A stretch of 64,000 nucleotides of DNA from a virus. Every line of letters starts with the position of its first letter. Position 1 is the stretch's first letter. The DNA is taken from positions 15,616 to 79,615 of IMG/VR virus record IMGVR_UViG_3300030117_006141, one strand, 5' to 3'. The notes under the pieces are model-generated. The model was not told where the DNA came from. It did not search any database and saw only the letters and a program-made list of their open reading frames with translations. Position numbers and translations under genes: made by a program. Below are positions 31,811 to 40,897 of this stretch, in pieces.

Positions 31811-32568
31811 TATTTATCTCCAAACAAATCACTAAAAATTTTATCAGTATTAATTGATTTTTTAGGATCCGAAATTGTATTAGATTTTTTATAAGTGGAT
31901 TTTGACACAGTCGGGTTATCCGATTTATTTTTTAACCATTTCTCGTATTCAATTCTAGACGCCATCATATCAGCATGGTGCAATACATAAGGTAGATTTA
32001 TTTGTAATCGTGTTGAAGGATTGTAGCCTATAAAATATGGTTTATTGGCATCATCAAACATACCGTCATGTGTTTTGATTCCCAGGAATTCATTAAAACT
32101 ATATTTAATACCAAACTGATTTAATAAAAACAGACTCCTATCCGGAACCATAGAGAATGGTACTTCCGGGTTAGGTATGTATAATGCGCCCTGATTCTTT
32201 CTGTGCCATTCACTAGGGTTTGGAATATATGCAGGTCCCTCCATATCACCTACTTTACCTAAGTCATGATTAAGGGCAGAGAATATTAATTCTTCCCGAG
32301 TATATCCTTCACATTCCGATCCTAATGTTTTCCATAGCGCGTATGTTTGATCTGCACAGTTTATAACATTTAATACATGATCTACGTAACCGCCAATAAA
32401 ACAATTATGGAAATGTTCCTTAGAACTTGCAGGTGCATACATCATTCTATCTTGCATATGATTATATAATTCTACAAGTTTATCCTGTCGCTCGCCGCTA
32501 AATTCGGTAGCGATACATTCCATTAATTTATTCCAGTTGTCTAATAATTGTTGTTCGTCTAATTTCAT
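31810..32568 (-). CDS. HD-domain phosphohydrolase
   Basis: HNCFIGGYVDHV, LNHDLGK, THDG, HHAD. Confidence 0.85.
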   Translation of the reverse strand: MKLDEQQLLDNWNKLMECIATEFSGERQDKLVELYNHMQDRMMYAPASSKEHFHNCFIGGYVDHVLNVINCADQTYALWKTLGSECEGYTREELIFSALNHDLGKVGDMEGPAYIPNPSEWHRKNQGALYIPNPEVPFSMVPDRSLFLLNQFGIKYSFNEFLGIKTHDGMFDDANKPYFIGYNPSTRLQINLPYVLHHADMMASRIEYEKWLKNKSDNPTVSKSTYKKSNTISDPKKSINTDKIFSDLFGDK

Positions 32569-32569
32569 A

Positions 32570-32818
32570 TTATGATTTTTTTTGTGTAACCCTTAAATAT
32601 TTTTTACCTATCTGTCTAACTTCGTATCTGAATCCTTGGTTTGTATTTATATTCATTATTTCCAAAAATTCATTTGCCGATTCTTTGCTATCAAACTCTA
32701 ATGGATCTCCATGCGAGTCCAACATTAATACAGGCAAGTGTTTTTTCTTTCCAACCTCATTTGTAGTTGGATTGTAATGCCATTTTATTACAATATAAAA
32801 TTCATTATGTCTACTCAT
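32570..32818 (-). CDS. Hypothetical protein
   Basis: Tightly packed 82-aa ORF. Confidence 0.5.
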   Translation of the reverse strand: MSRHNEFYIVIKWHYNPTTNEVGKKKHLPVLMLDSHGDPLEFDSKESANEFLEIMNINTNQGFRYEVRQIGKKYLRVTQKKS

Positions 32819-33407
32819 TCGATGCTAATATATCTTCTACCTTATTCCAGTAGCCCATTGTGTATGGGTTATTAATTCCTCTTGGGCCTCCATTCCAACA
32901 TCTTGCCATTTCTTCTGCTGTTGTTAATCCATAATATTCACAAAAGATTCTAAACATCTCATGCGATTTTTGTACATCCCACCTGTCTCCATAAGAATAT
33001 CTTACATATGATTTTCTTCTTTCTAGAATTCTATTTACATCATCAACCATACACTTTCTAATCTGTAATATACCGACCGCATCTTCTTTTGGATTATATG
33101 CATTTGAATCACCACTACTCTCTACTTCCATTATAGCGTTGATTATATCTATCATATTACGTGCTGGTGGGGTTTCAAATATTTGATATCTATTATTAAG
33201 TGAATCTAATTGTGACTCGAGTTCTTCCTGATATCTGTTATTAAATTCATCAAGTGCTTCATAGCATTCTACTTCTTCAGTAAGGGTTTCTATCTTTGTA
33301 TTCAATCTTTCAATATTTCTGTTATATCTAAATGAGTTTAGAAACATGTATGCCATTAAGACAATCATTATAACAGTAAACGATGTATTATAATTTTTCT
33401 TATTCAT
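32811..33407 (-). CDS. Membrane-anchored lytic transglycosylase/lysozyme-like protein
   Basis: N-terminal TM, coiled coil, AIMEVESSG...AVGILQI...ARCWNGGP. Confidence 0.75.
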   Translation of the reverse strand: MNKKNYNTSFTVIMIVLMAYMFLNSFRYNRNIERLNTKIETLTEEVECYEALDEFNNRYQEELESQLDSLNNRYQIFETPPARNMIDIINAIMEVESSGDSNAYNPKEDAVGILQIRKCMVDDVNRILERRKSYVRYSYGDRWDVQKSHEMFRIFCEYYGLTTAEEMARCWNGGPRGINNPYTMGYWNKVEDILASNE

Positions 33408-33417
33408 AATTATTTAT

Positions 33418-33675
33418 TTATTCAAATTCACCATATAGGTTATATCTTTTCGGTGGTTCTGGTTCCGGTTCTGATATGTCTTGTTCGTGGTATATGTATA
33501 CCTTTCCCTCGCCTGCCTTTATCACATAATCTTTTTCCTTCGTTTGCTGGAAGACCCATTCTATGCCTGCAGTCAATGATTCAAATATCGTATTATCATT
33601 ATCAGCAGGAGTCCATCTATCACCCGGAGGGAATCTCTTTAATACCAATTTTAATTTAATATCTTTTTCTGCCAT
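33418..33675 (-). CDS. Hypothetical protein
   Basis: 85-aa ORF in operon. Confidence 0.5.
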   Translation of the reverse strand: MAEKDIKLKLVLKRFPPGDRWTPADNDNTIFESLTAGIEWVFQQTKEKDYVIKAGEGKVYIYHEQDISEPEPEPPKRYNLYGEFE

Positions 33676-33676
33676 A

Positions 33677-33895
33677 TTAATCTTTCAATAACCGTTTAAT
33701 ATCTTTTTCTTTTGATGAAGGATTTTCACCAAATGCTTCTTCGATGCTTTTATTATTATATCCCAAAGCACCAGCTAGTCTCTTACATATCATTTTGAAA
33801 TCCCATATATCCAAATTTTCTCTGACGTCCATCTCTATCTTCTGTGCTTCTTTAGAATATGTTCCTCTTGTATAAATGATCTTATCCATCTCCAT
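33677..33895 (-). CDS. Hypothetical protein
   Basis: 72-aa ORF in operon. Confidence 0.5.
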   Translation of the reverse strand: MEMDKIIYTRGTYSKEAQKIEMDVRENLDIWDFKMICKRLAGALGYNNKSIEEAFGENPSSKEKDIKRLLKD

Positions 33896-34127
33896 CTCTC
33901 CCAGCTAGATAATTTAATGTGGCTCCTATTAAAGCTAAACCCAACACTGATAATAATAATATTTTTAAACAAAATGTATACGTTATTTTTGCCATGAACA
34001 ATCCAAATGAAAAGTTCCACCCTATCATTAATGGTCCTGCTAGCATTGCACAAAAAATAAAAGTACATGCTAATATAAATAATAAAGCCGTTGCCTTATA
34101 TACGATTGGTTGTAATTTTTCTTTCAT
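33882..34127 (-). CDS. Small membrane protein
   Basis: Two hydrophobic segments. Promoter at 34131-34162. Confidence 0.5.
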   Translation of the reverse strand: MKEKLQPIVYKATALLFILACTFIFCAMLAGPLMIGWNFSFGLFMAKITYTFCLKILLLSVLGLALIGATLNYLAGRDGDG

Positions 34128-34162
34128 ACTATATTATACAAAAATTATTTGAATTATCCAAA

Positions 34163-34672
34163 TTATTTGAATTTTTTTAATTCACGTTCGATTTTTCTAA
34201 TGGATACACCTATAGCTTTAATATCTTTCTTAAGCTTGGCCTTATTTTGTTTCTTCTTCAACTTATGTAACTCGACCATTAACCTATTACGCTTATCCGC
34301 TTTTTGGAATTTATTTAATTTTCTTTCCTGCTTTTTCTTCTTCTTTATTTTAGTAATAGGTAATGTTCCTTTAAGATCAGGTTGCTCAACACCCTTATGA
34401 TATACAGTGCCATCCTTGTGAACATATACATTCATAAAATGCCAACCCGGTGGCTTATCAGACTTTTTCTTTGTAATAATATTAGGGGGTTCCGTCATAT
34501 TATGGACACATATATAACATGTGACTGCAGTAGCATCTTCACCTACTTCAGTTAATGCTCCACATTCCCTGCATTCCATATGTCTGTATTTAACATCAGG
34601 GAGCCTATTCCATCTGTTAATTTTTAAATACTTAACTTCATAATTTATCTTATCTTTAGTCTTTGTTGCCAT
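34163..34672 (-). CDS. Basic protein with Zn-ribbon
   Basis: CRECG...CYIC. Lys-rich C-terminus. Confidence 0.55.
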   Translation of the reverse strand: MATKTKDKINYEVKYLKINRWNRLPDVKYRHMECRECGALTEVGEDATAVTCYICVHNMTEPPNIITKKKSDKPPGWHFMNVYVHKDGTVYHKGVEQPDLKGTLPITKIKKKKKQERKLNKFQKADKRNRLMVELHKLKKKQNKAKLKKDIKAIGVSIRKIERELKKFK

Positions 34673-34684
34673 ATATAAAATTTA

Positions 34685-35869
34685 TTAGTTTAATGGTTTA
34701 GGCCTTTTCTTATCGGCCTTTTTTTCTTGTACAGCATTTGATTTTTTTACAAATACCTTCTCTTGTTCTGGTTCTCCATATACTTTATAAGTATCAACCT
34801 CTTTCATTTCCAAACCTGACTTATCAGATGGATTGTCTTTGTTCTCAGGTATAAAAGATTCTAAGTCACTAAAATAATCTTCTTCACCATCACCCCACTT
34901 TTCTTTTAATTCATCCAAAGTATATGGTGTGTCAAATTCCAATCCAGGTGGGCAAGATGCTTTAACTTGCTCATCAAAATCCATCGCAGGCTCTGATGAA
35001 TATATAAACTCCTCACCATCTGGTATATCTTTAATATCATCTTTGTTGGTTACAACTCTTATACCATCTTTTTTAATTTGGGAAAATGCAAAGTTGGCTG
35101 CTACGACCATCGCAATCGCCAATGGATCAAATACAAATATAATTAATAATAAAAACCAATTAACAACTTGACCCATATCCTTACCAGTTGTTTCTGATAG
35201 ATATTTTAATGGACCCAGTTCTCTTTGTTCTTCATTACCAATTTCTAATTCTAGTAGTTCTGTATCAATCCTCATCACAGAATCCATTACAGCTTCTAAT
35301 CTTAGATTTACATTATCCCTATCAACAATTGTTGATTCTAATTCTTTTTGTAATGCTCTTCTTGTAGAACTAGACGTTGTTGTAATTACCTGCTGTGCAG
35401 TCTCATCCCAATAGGATACGGATGTCGGATTTGAAAGTGATGTCCTCAGATCAGATATAGTTGTATTTAATTGTGTCTTCTCTATATTAAGATCAGTCTT
35501 CTGTTCTTCAAACCTATTTTGTTTAGTTTGCAATACAGCTAATGACTTATCTAAAAATTCGGACTTGGTGGCAGTTTCTTGGTATGCCCCGGATAAGAAT
35601 CCGTATATACCACCACTCGTAATTACCATCAAAACAAATACAGCTATCGACAAATAAAATCGTAACCACTTATTAATAGTCCCCCAATATTGATATAATA
35701 AAGAAGCCACCACAAGTTTTGCAAACTCGAGTGACCCAGCCATTATGATTACTTGGGTTGATGCTCCCGCGAATAGTTTACTCAATCCGAACACAGAATA
35801 AAATGCCGCAGATCCAGAAACCAATAAAGCCGCGAGGCCTATTAATAATGGAAACAATCTTTTTTTCAT
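34685..35869 (-). CDS. Membrane protein with extramembrane coiled coil
   Basis: Three N-terminal TMs, coiled coil, then TM WFLLLIIFVFDPLAI. Confidence 0.6.
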   Translation of the reverse strand: MKKRLFPLLIGLAALLVSGSAAFYSVFGLSKLFAGASTQVIIMAGSLEFAKLVVASLLYQYWGTINKWLRFYLSIAVFVLMVITSGGIYGFLSGAYQETATKSEFLDKSLAVLQTKQNRFEEQKTDLNIEKTQLNTTISDLRTSLSNPTSVSYWDETAQQVITTTSSSTRRALQKELESTIVDRDNVNLRLEAVMDSVMRIDTELLELEIGNEEQRELGPLKYLSETTGKDMGQVVNWFLLLIIFVFDPLAIAMVVAANFAFSQIKKDGIRVVTNKDDIKDIPDGEEFIYSSEPAMDFDEQVKASCPPGLEFDTPYTLDELKEKWGDGEEDYFSDLESFIPENKDNPSDKSGLEMKEVDTYKVYGEPEQEKVFVKKSNAVQEKKADKKRPKPLN

Positions 35870-36054
35870 TATTGTGCGCTATCGTAATTTAATGATATCT
35901 TTTGTTGAACCTCTAAAATATGTTCTTTAGCTTGTGCAATTCTTTTCATCGCCTCAGGTGCACTAATATGAGACTTGTCAATTCCTTGGTATGTCGACTC
36001 TAATAAATTAGTAGCTTTCTCCAAGTTGTTCTCGATCATTTGTTTATACTTCAT
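35869..36054 (-). CDS. Hypothetical protein
   Basis: 61-aa ORF with AAGGAG upstream. Confidence 0.5.
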   Translation of the reverse strand: MKYKQMIENNLEKATNLLESTYQGIDKSHISAPEAMKRIAQAKEHILEVQQKISLNYDSAQ

Positions 36055-36206
36055 GTAGTATTCTCCTTAATAATATATTAATAATTATATAATAATAATA
36101 AAATATAATAAATAATAAAATAATTATATTATATACTATATTACATATTATATTATATGTTTATTAATATAATAAAAATTTTTCATAAAAGCAACCTTTT
36201 ACGCAA

Positions 36207-36440
36207 TTATTTTTCAATTATTTTTGCCTCTTCAATAACCTCACAAATTAAGTATTGTTCTGTCATTGCCGTGCGCATTACATGATTACCACCAATATGA
36301 TCCCTCCAAGCCTGTAATATTTTCATTCTATTCTCGTGGGTGTCTGATACACCATATGGTCTAGGATCTAAATTGTGTTCTTTAATCTTTCTCAAGATTC
36401 TATATGCTTTGCCGTTATTATAAAATATGTTTTCGTACAT
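36207..36440 (-). CDS. Hypothetical protein
   Basis: 77-aa ORF directly downstream of hsp20. Confidence 0.5.
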   Translation of the reverse strand: MYENIFYNNGKAYRILRKIKEHNLDPRPYGVSDTHENRMKILQAWRDHIGGNHVMRTAMTEQYLICEVIEEAKIIEK

Positions 36441-36473
36441 AACTAGGGTGGACTGGAATTACCTAAATATAAC

Positions 36474-36908
36474 CTACTTGATTGTTATAGTCTTTGGTTT
36501 GCTTTCTTCAGACACAGGCACCTGTATCATTAATAAACCATTTTGCATTGATGCATTGATTGTGGTAAGATCATACTTTGGACTTACCTTCCATCCCATA
36601 TCAAAACTTCTTCTAGCTATACCCTTATGGATATAATCATTAGCTTCTATATTTGAAGGGTTTGATTCAACTGATGGTTTTTTATAAGCAACCTTCAAAG
36701 TATTGCCTTCAGTTGTAATACTGATATCGTCTTTCTCTAATCCAACGCAAGCGATATCAAAACATAATTCACCCATATCATTAGTATAAATGTCTACAGG
36801 GTAATTAGGTTTCTGTTCCACAAATGATTGGAACATTGATTCATTGTCAAAAAAATTTCTGAATAATAGGTCCGTTGGTAAGAACCTCTCTTGTAAGAAT
36901 GTTGTCAT
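36474..36908 (-). CDS. hsp20: Small heat-shock protein (Hsp20/alpha-crystallin)
   Basis: YPVDI...IACVGLEKDDISI...YIHKGIARRSF...ASMQNGLLMI. Confidence 0.92.
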   Translation of the reverse strand: MTTFLQERFLPTDLLFRNFFDNESMFQSFVEQKPNYPVDIYTNDMGELCFDIACVGLEKDDISITTEGNTLKVAYKKPSVESNPSNIEANDYIHKGIARRSFDMGWKVSPKYDLTTINASMQNGLLMIQVPVSEESKPKTITIK

Positions 36909-36986
36909 AATTAAATCTCCTTAAATAATTTAATGTTAATATAAGGCGTCATCCAGTCCACCTTTATTATAATTATATGTTAACCT

Positions 36987-37583
36987 CTATTTTAGATCAA
37001 ATATGTAAGTATGCAATTCTTCTCCTTCTCTCATAGTAGTTCTATACTCATAAGAAGTTACGCCTCTCACAGCTTCAATCATTTCTTTTGCTTTATCTAA
37101 TATTGTTATCTCATTTGAAGACAAAGCTAATTTGTCATTTATAACAGTCATTTGGAGTGAACCTGTTTTAGAACCCGGGGTGTCAACAAGATCATCGGGT
37201 AATAACGATTTGCCCTTCTCCAGTCTATCCGTATAATAATGTTTTAGTTTAATAGACAATGATTCCCACCATTTTGCAAATTCGGGTTTAGAGTTCTTAA
37301 ACCATTCAGCTGCTTCATCGTCAGTCAATGCATCCCATACCTCATTAACGTCTGGTAGATTGTGTTCGAGGTGTTTGAACCAATTTATAATCCTATCATA
37401 AGCTTTCTTTTCACTAGATAACCCTGTTGTGTATATAGCATTATATGGTCTGGTAGGATCGAACGTCATCCGTTTATTTGGGTAAGACTTCTTTGGATTA
37501 ATATACTCAACAAAAGTCCAATCCTTATATTTGAATTTGTTTAACATATTATCTTCCCATGTTCCGTTATTATCTGTTATCAT
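36987..37583 (-). CDS. Hypothetical protein
   Basis: 198-aa ORF immediately downstream of the tmRNA. Confidence 0.55.
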   Translation of the reverse strand: MITDNNGTWEDNMLNKFKYKDWTFVEYINPKKSYPNKRMTFDPTRPYNAIYTTGLSSEKKAYDRIINWFKHLEHNLPDVNEVWDALTDDEAAEWFKNSKPEFAKWWESLSIKLKHYYTDRLEKGKSLLPDDLVDTPGSKTGSLQMTVINDKLALSSNEITILDKAKEMIEAVRGVTSYEYRTTMREGEELHTYIFDLK

Positions 37584-37599
37584 ACGCAGTAAATTTTAA

Positions 37600-37830
37600 C
37601 CTCTAGCCTCCGGGATTTTGACGACATGATCCCTGTTCGCCGTTGGGTCAGGGTGCCTATCAGGCAGCCATCGCCATTTCAACTTGTTCGCCAGTTGTTA
37701 CGGTGACCTTCCTTATATCCTTATCATCCTGTCAAATCCGATCATCCCCATGTCGTAAATATCTTTTAGTGGAGATGGAGGGAATCGAACCCTCGTCCAA
37801 GAATGTAGCTAATACAAGTACTAGCGGTCA
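37600..37830 (-). ncRNA. ssrA: Circularly permuted (two-piece) tmRNA
   Basis: Minus strand order: T-arm GAGGGTTCGATTCCCTC + CATCTCC-A (ends 37770), 20-nt intervening segment, 5' end GGGGATG...GGATTTGAC (starts 37749, G3-U70 pair), then tag GGC GAA CAA GTT GAA ATG GCG ATG GCT GCC TGA TAG (37692-37660) = GEQVEMAMAA. Outer ends approximate. Confidence 0.9.
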
Positions 37831-37841
37831 TATATAAATAT

Positions 37842-38084
37842 CTACTTCTTCCTTAATAATTTAACTAGTTTGGCACATTTTTCATATTCCTCTGTTCCGG
37901 TAAAGTAATCTATTAAACTATTAATAGCCTCTTTACCCTCCGGATCGTCTAACATCCAATACGCTTCAGGTAGGCTGTCCCAGTCATAACCTTTAATTAT
38001 AAAGTCATATGTATTACGCATTGCTTCATCAGCCAATTCCTGATCAAGCTCATTATTCTCCATGTCTTTATAAAAGTCTTCCAT
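37842..38084 (-). CDS. Small protein with UVR-like (UvrB/C) motif
   Basis: C-terminal LIDYFTGTEEYEKCAKL. Confidence 0.55.
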   Translation of the reverse strand: MEDFYKDMENNELDQELADEAMRNTYDFIIKGYDWDSLPEAYWMLDDPEGKEAINSLIDYFTGTEEYEKCAKLVKLLRKK

Positions 38085-38097
38085 ATATTAATAAATA

Positions 38098-38502
38098 TTA
38101 AGTAAGTAGTTTATTTACACCATTATGTTTTTTATATATAGCATTAATTTTTTGTAAGCTAGATTTACTAAAAACCTCATGGCTTTTGTTTCCTAAGAAA
38201 CTTTGCATAAGAAATAATATATCTGATAATTCCTTTCTATCATTTTTATATTCATCTATATCAAAATTATTATGCCCCTCGGCTAATATAATATTTTTCT
38301 TTACTAATGATATAGCCTTTTTAGTCTTATCAATATATTCATTCGTACTTAAATCGGGTGAGGCAAATGAATCCAGGATCCCATTTACAGAATCACTGAA
38401 TCCACTACCCGTATTTATATTAGATAAAGCATCTGCTTTATCCTGTGCCTCTAACATCTTATCAGCGAGCCTAGTTAACTTTTTTCTTTTTTGCTCTTCC
38501 AT
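38098..38502 (-). CDS. Hypothetical protein
   Basis: 134-aa ORF. Confidence 0.5.
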   Translation of the reverse strand: MEEQKRKKLTRLADKMLEAQDKADALSNINTGSGFSDSVNGILDSFASPDLSTNEYIDKTKKAISLVKKNIILAEGHNNFDIDEYKNDRKELSDILFLMQSFLGNKSHEVFSKSSLQKINAIYKKHNGVNKLLT

Positions 38503-38686
38503 TGTATCTCTTCTTATAAGGCTTATTACTTCTTTTAGGTAACTGCTCTTTAATAAGCTTAGTGATTAATGTTTTATCTAATAAGTCTGCTTGTAGCATT
38601 CCCATCTTCTTACGGACATAAACTGCTACTGCTATTGCTCCTGCAATAAATCCAATTATAAATAATAAAATATAATTTAGTATCAT
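38471..38686 (-). CDS. Small membrane protein
   Basis: N-terminal TM, basic tail. Confidence 0.5.
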   Translation of the reverse strand: MILNYILLFIIGFIAGAIAVAVYVRKKMGMLQADLLDKTLITKLIKEQLPKRSNKPYKKRYNGRAKKKKVN

Positions 38687-38705
38687 ATCATTCTAACTCC
38701 TTTCT

Positions 38706-39056
38706 TTAAAAATTAAACGTTCCTCCAGTAGGCATCTCAGATCTTTTATCTTCGATGATTCCCATTCTCTTGGCTTTAGCATAAACATCTTTGAGTGCAT
38801 GACATGCCTCCATAATTTTATTAGCCTCTGTCCAAGTTACTTCATGCTTCTTACCATCTATTAATATATAACCCATAGTTGGTTGTGTAGCATCTCCCAT
38901 AGGAGTTTGGTTTCCATATCTTAATTTGTATCCAATGGAACTCCATAGTTTACCATACCTCCCAGGATTGAATGGTTTCTTTTGATTGTGTTTAATTGGT
39001 AGTCTACTTCCTGGTCCTCTACCTTCTCTTCTGATTCGATTATTATATCTCTTCAT
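38706..39056 (-). CDS. Hypothetical basic protein
   Basis: 116-aa ORF. Promoter at 39105-39136. Confidence 0.5.
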   Translation of the reverse strand: MKRYNNRIRREGRGPGSRLPIKHNQKKPFNPGRYGKLWSSIGYKLRYGNQTPMGDATQPTMGYILIDGKKHEVTWTEANKIMEACHALKDVYAKAKRMGIIEDKRSEMPTGGTFNF

Positions 39057-39138
39057 CTTATTTTAGCATTAAGGGGGCAAGCCGGTCTTAGTTAATAATA
39101 TATTTTAATATAAAAAATTTTTTTGAATTATCCAAATT

Positions 39139-39453
39139 TTATTTGACTTTTCTTGATATACTATCTAAGTCAAACATCTTGGAATTTCTTTTGATTGTGT
39201 GCTGGGCGTGACAACATACGGATGCATTTCGCCATGCCTCAAATACGGAATTAAATTTATTGGGGAACCCCTCATCTGAATCCGTTATGATATTTTTTCC
39301 ATTCTCCGTTATGAAGAATCTTCCGTCCGGTGTTCCTTGTGTTGCAGCATTTGGGAATTTTCTTAATACTGCTTTCTTGTACAATTCGAATTGCGCTCTT
39401 TTGTCTATTTCATTAGAACGTCTTCCTAAAAACCTTAAATTTCTTTTTTTCAT
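39139..39453 (-). CDS. Hypothetical protein
   Basis: 104-aa ORF. Confidence 0.5.
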   Translation of the reverse strand: MKKRNLRFLGRRSNEIDKRAQFELYKKAVLRKFPNAATQGTPDGRFFITENGKNIITDSDEGFPNKFNSVFEAWRNASVCCHAQHTIKRNSKMFDLDSISRKVK

Positions 39454-39468
39454 ATTTATTTATTTTGT

Positions 39469-39503
39469 GGTATTACCCCCCACCAATAGATGGGGGGCTT
39501 TAC
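39469..39503. other. Strong GC hairpin downstream of the omp/membrane-protein pair (terminator or mRNA stabiliser)
   Basis: CCCCCC-ACCAATAGAT-GGGGGG. No clear U-tract on the minus strand. Confidence 0.55.
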
Positions 39504-39517
39504 CTATTTAATATTCA

Positions 39518-39742
39518 TTACTTCTTCGTGAAGAATGAAGCTAGTATAACTAGTACGACTAGTCCGATGAATCCACCATTACCTAAAGTAGTTAACAGTG
39601 AAGTCATATTACCGACTACGTCCATTCCTAGAACACTAGTCCCAGTCAATACGTACCATAAAATTGCTAGCGGTATTAATCCCATAAAGATTGTTCCCAA
39701 TCCTGAGAAGAAACCATTTACCATTTTAAATACTGAATCCAT
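39518..39742 (-). CDS. Small inner-membrane protein
   Basis: Likely start MDSVFK at 39742 with AAGGAG upstream. Two hydrophobic Gly-rich helices. Confidence 0.65.
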   Translation of the reverse strand: MDSVFKMVNGFFSGLGTIFMGLIPLAILWYVLTGTSVLGMDVVGNMTSLLTTLGNGGFIGLVVLVILASFFTKK

Positions 39743-39804
39743 AATAATTCTCCTTTTGTTTTTCAAATTAATAATTAATGAAGAGCATTAAATTATTTAT
39801 TTAA

Positions 39805-40215
39805 TTAAAACTTAAAACCAAACCCTAATGTAAGGTTTGTAGTTTTAGTTCCCGTGTTATAAACGACTTTTGGATCTACGTAAATGTTACTTCTTAAAGT
39901 AAATAATTTACCAGCTCCGAATGACATACCATCCGTAGATAGTCCGTCAGTTTCTAAATAAGCAAAATATCCTTTCACAAAATATCTTGCGTGGAAATCT
40001 ACATCCATATCCACTGTCGAATCCGCTTGGCTTACTGAAGCACCTACCATAAGGTTTTCCATTACACCGTAGCCGATTGTTGGAGATACTGACCACTCAG
40101 TCCAAGCTGTATTAGCTACATCACCTGTTCCCACGTACCAGTCTCCTGCTGTTTGTGCTTGTGCACCGATTAACGTCGCAATTGTTAATGCGAATGTTAA
40201 AATTAAGTTTCTCAT
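39805..40215 (-). CDS. Outer-membrane beta-barrel protein
   Basis: Signal peptide ending AQA, alternating beta-strands, C-terminal LGFGFKF (terminal Phe BAM signal). Confidence 0.8.
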   Translation of the reverse strand: MRNLILTFALTIATLIGAQAQTAGDWYVGTGDVANTAWTEWSVSPTIGYGVMENLMVGASVSQADSTVDMDVDFHARYFVKGYFAYLETDGLSTDGMSFGAGKLFTLRSNIYVDPKVVYNTGTKTTNLTLGFGFKF

Positions 40216-40410
40216 ATTTGTTCTCCTAATTTCTTTTTACTTGTTTTGTCGCTCTTCATTTTTAATGTCAATACCATACTTTCTTATAAACTAACCTGAT
40301 TAATAAAACATTGATTATTCCCTACACACTGGTTGATACACCGAATAAATTGTGTGTTTCGGTTTTAGAATTTATGATATATATTTTTCATCTATTATAC
40401 ATATATAGAC

Positions 40411-40650
40411 TTATTTTTTAATATTCGTTTTGTTATTATCTTTTATAAATTTTTCTATCATTTCTGATACACGTAACCATAATTTGTCATCCCGTTTACT
40501 ATTCAAAACCTCATTACATACTTCAGATGCCAAGCTATCATCGGACACATATGCGTCAGCTGTAAAGATATTTTTTATACTATCTATACCATGTGTCTGA
40601 TATTTCTCTATCATTGTATCAGTCATTACCCACCTTTTATGAAAGCCCAT
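40411..40650 (-). CDS. Hypothetical protein
   Basis: 79-aa ORF (MGFHKR...). Confidence 0.5.
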   Translation of the reverse strand: MGFHKRWVMTDTMIEKYQTHGIDSIKNIFTADAYVSDDSLASEVCNEVLNSKRDDKLWLRVSEMIEKFIKDNNKTNIKK

Positions 40651-40897
40651 AATACTTCTCCTTCATTTGTTTAAGCTTACCACATTTCTCATACTCTTCG
40701 GTCTTTATGAAATACTCCATTAGATTATTCAATTCCTTTCTTACCTTATATGGGCCACCCTTAATGATATCCACTTTACCATTCTGATCATATTCCTCAA
40801 CCAGGATATCATATAGTTGATTATTGATTTCATATACCGCTTCGTCTATTGAGTTCAGCAGATCCTCGTGTGTTATATTTTTACCGTTTATATTCAT
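40637..40897 (-). CDS. Small protein with UVR-like motif (paralog of 37842-38084)
   Basis: LMEYFIKTEEYEKCGKL. Confidence 0.55.
   Translation of the reverse strand: MNINGKNITHEDLLNSIDEAVYEINNQLYDILVEEYDQNGKVDIIKGGPYKVRKELNNLMEYFIKTEEYEKCGKLKQMKEKYYGLS

Noticed and set aside
37643-37837. 64-aa plus-strand ORF; also a possible stand-alone tRNA call at 37770-37800
   Set aside because: The ORF is antisense to the tmRNA. The T-arm belongs to the tmRNA acceptor piece, with no anticodon arm.
39072-39480. Possible fifth gene clamp (GGGGGGUAA / UUGCCCCCU) around gene 39139-39453
   Set aside because: Only 9 bp with two G-U pairs, low complexity, competing with a strong local hairpin, and a promoter lies between the arms.
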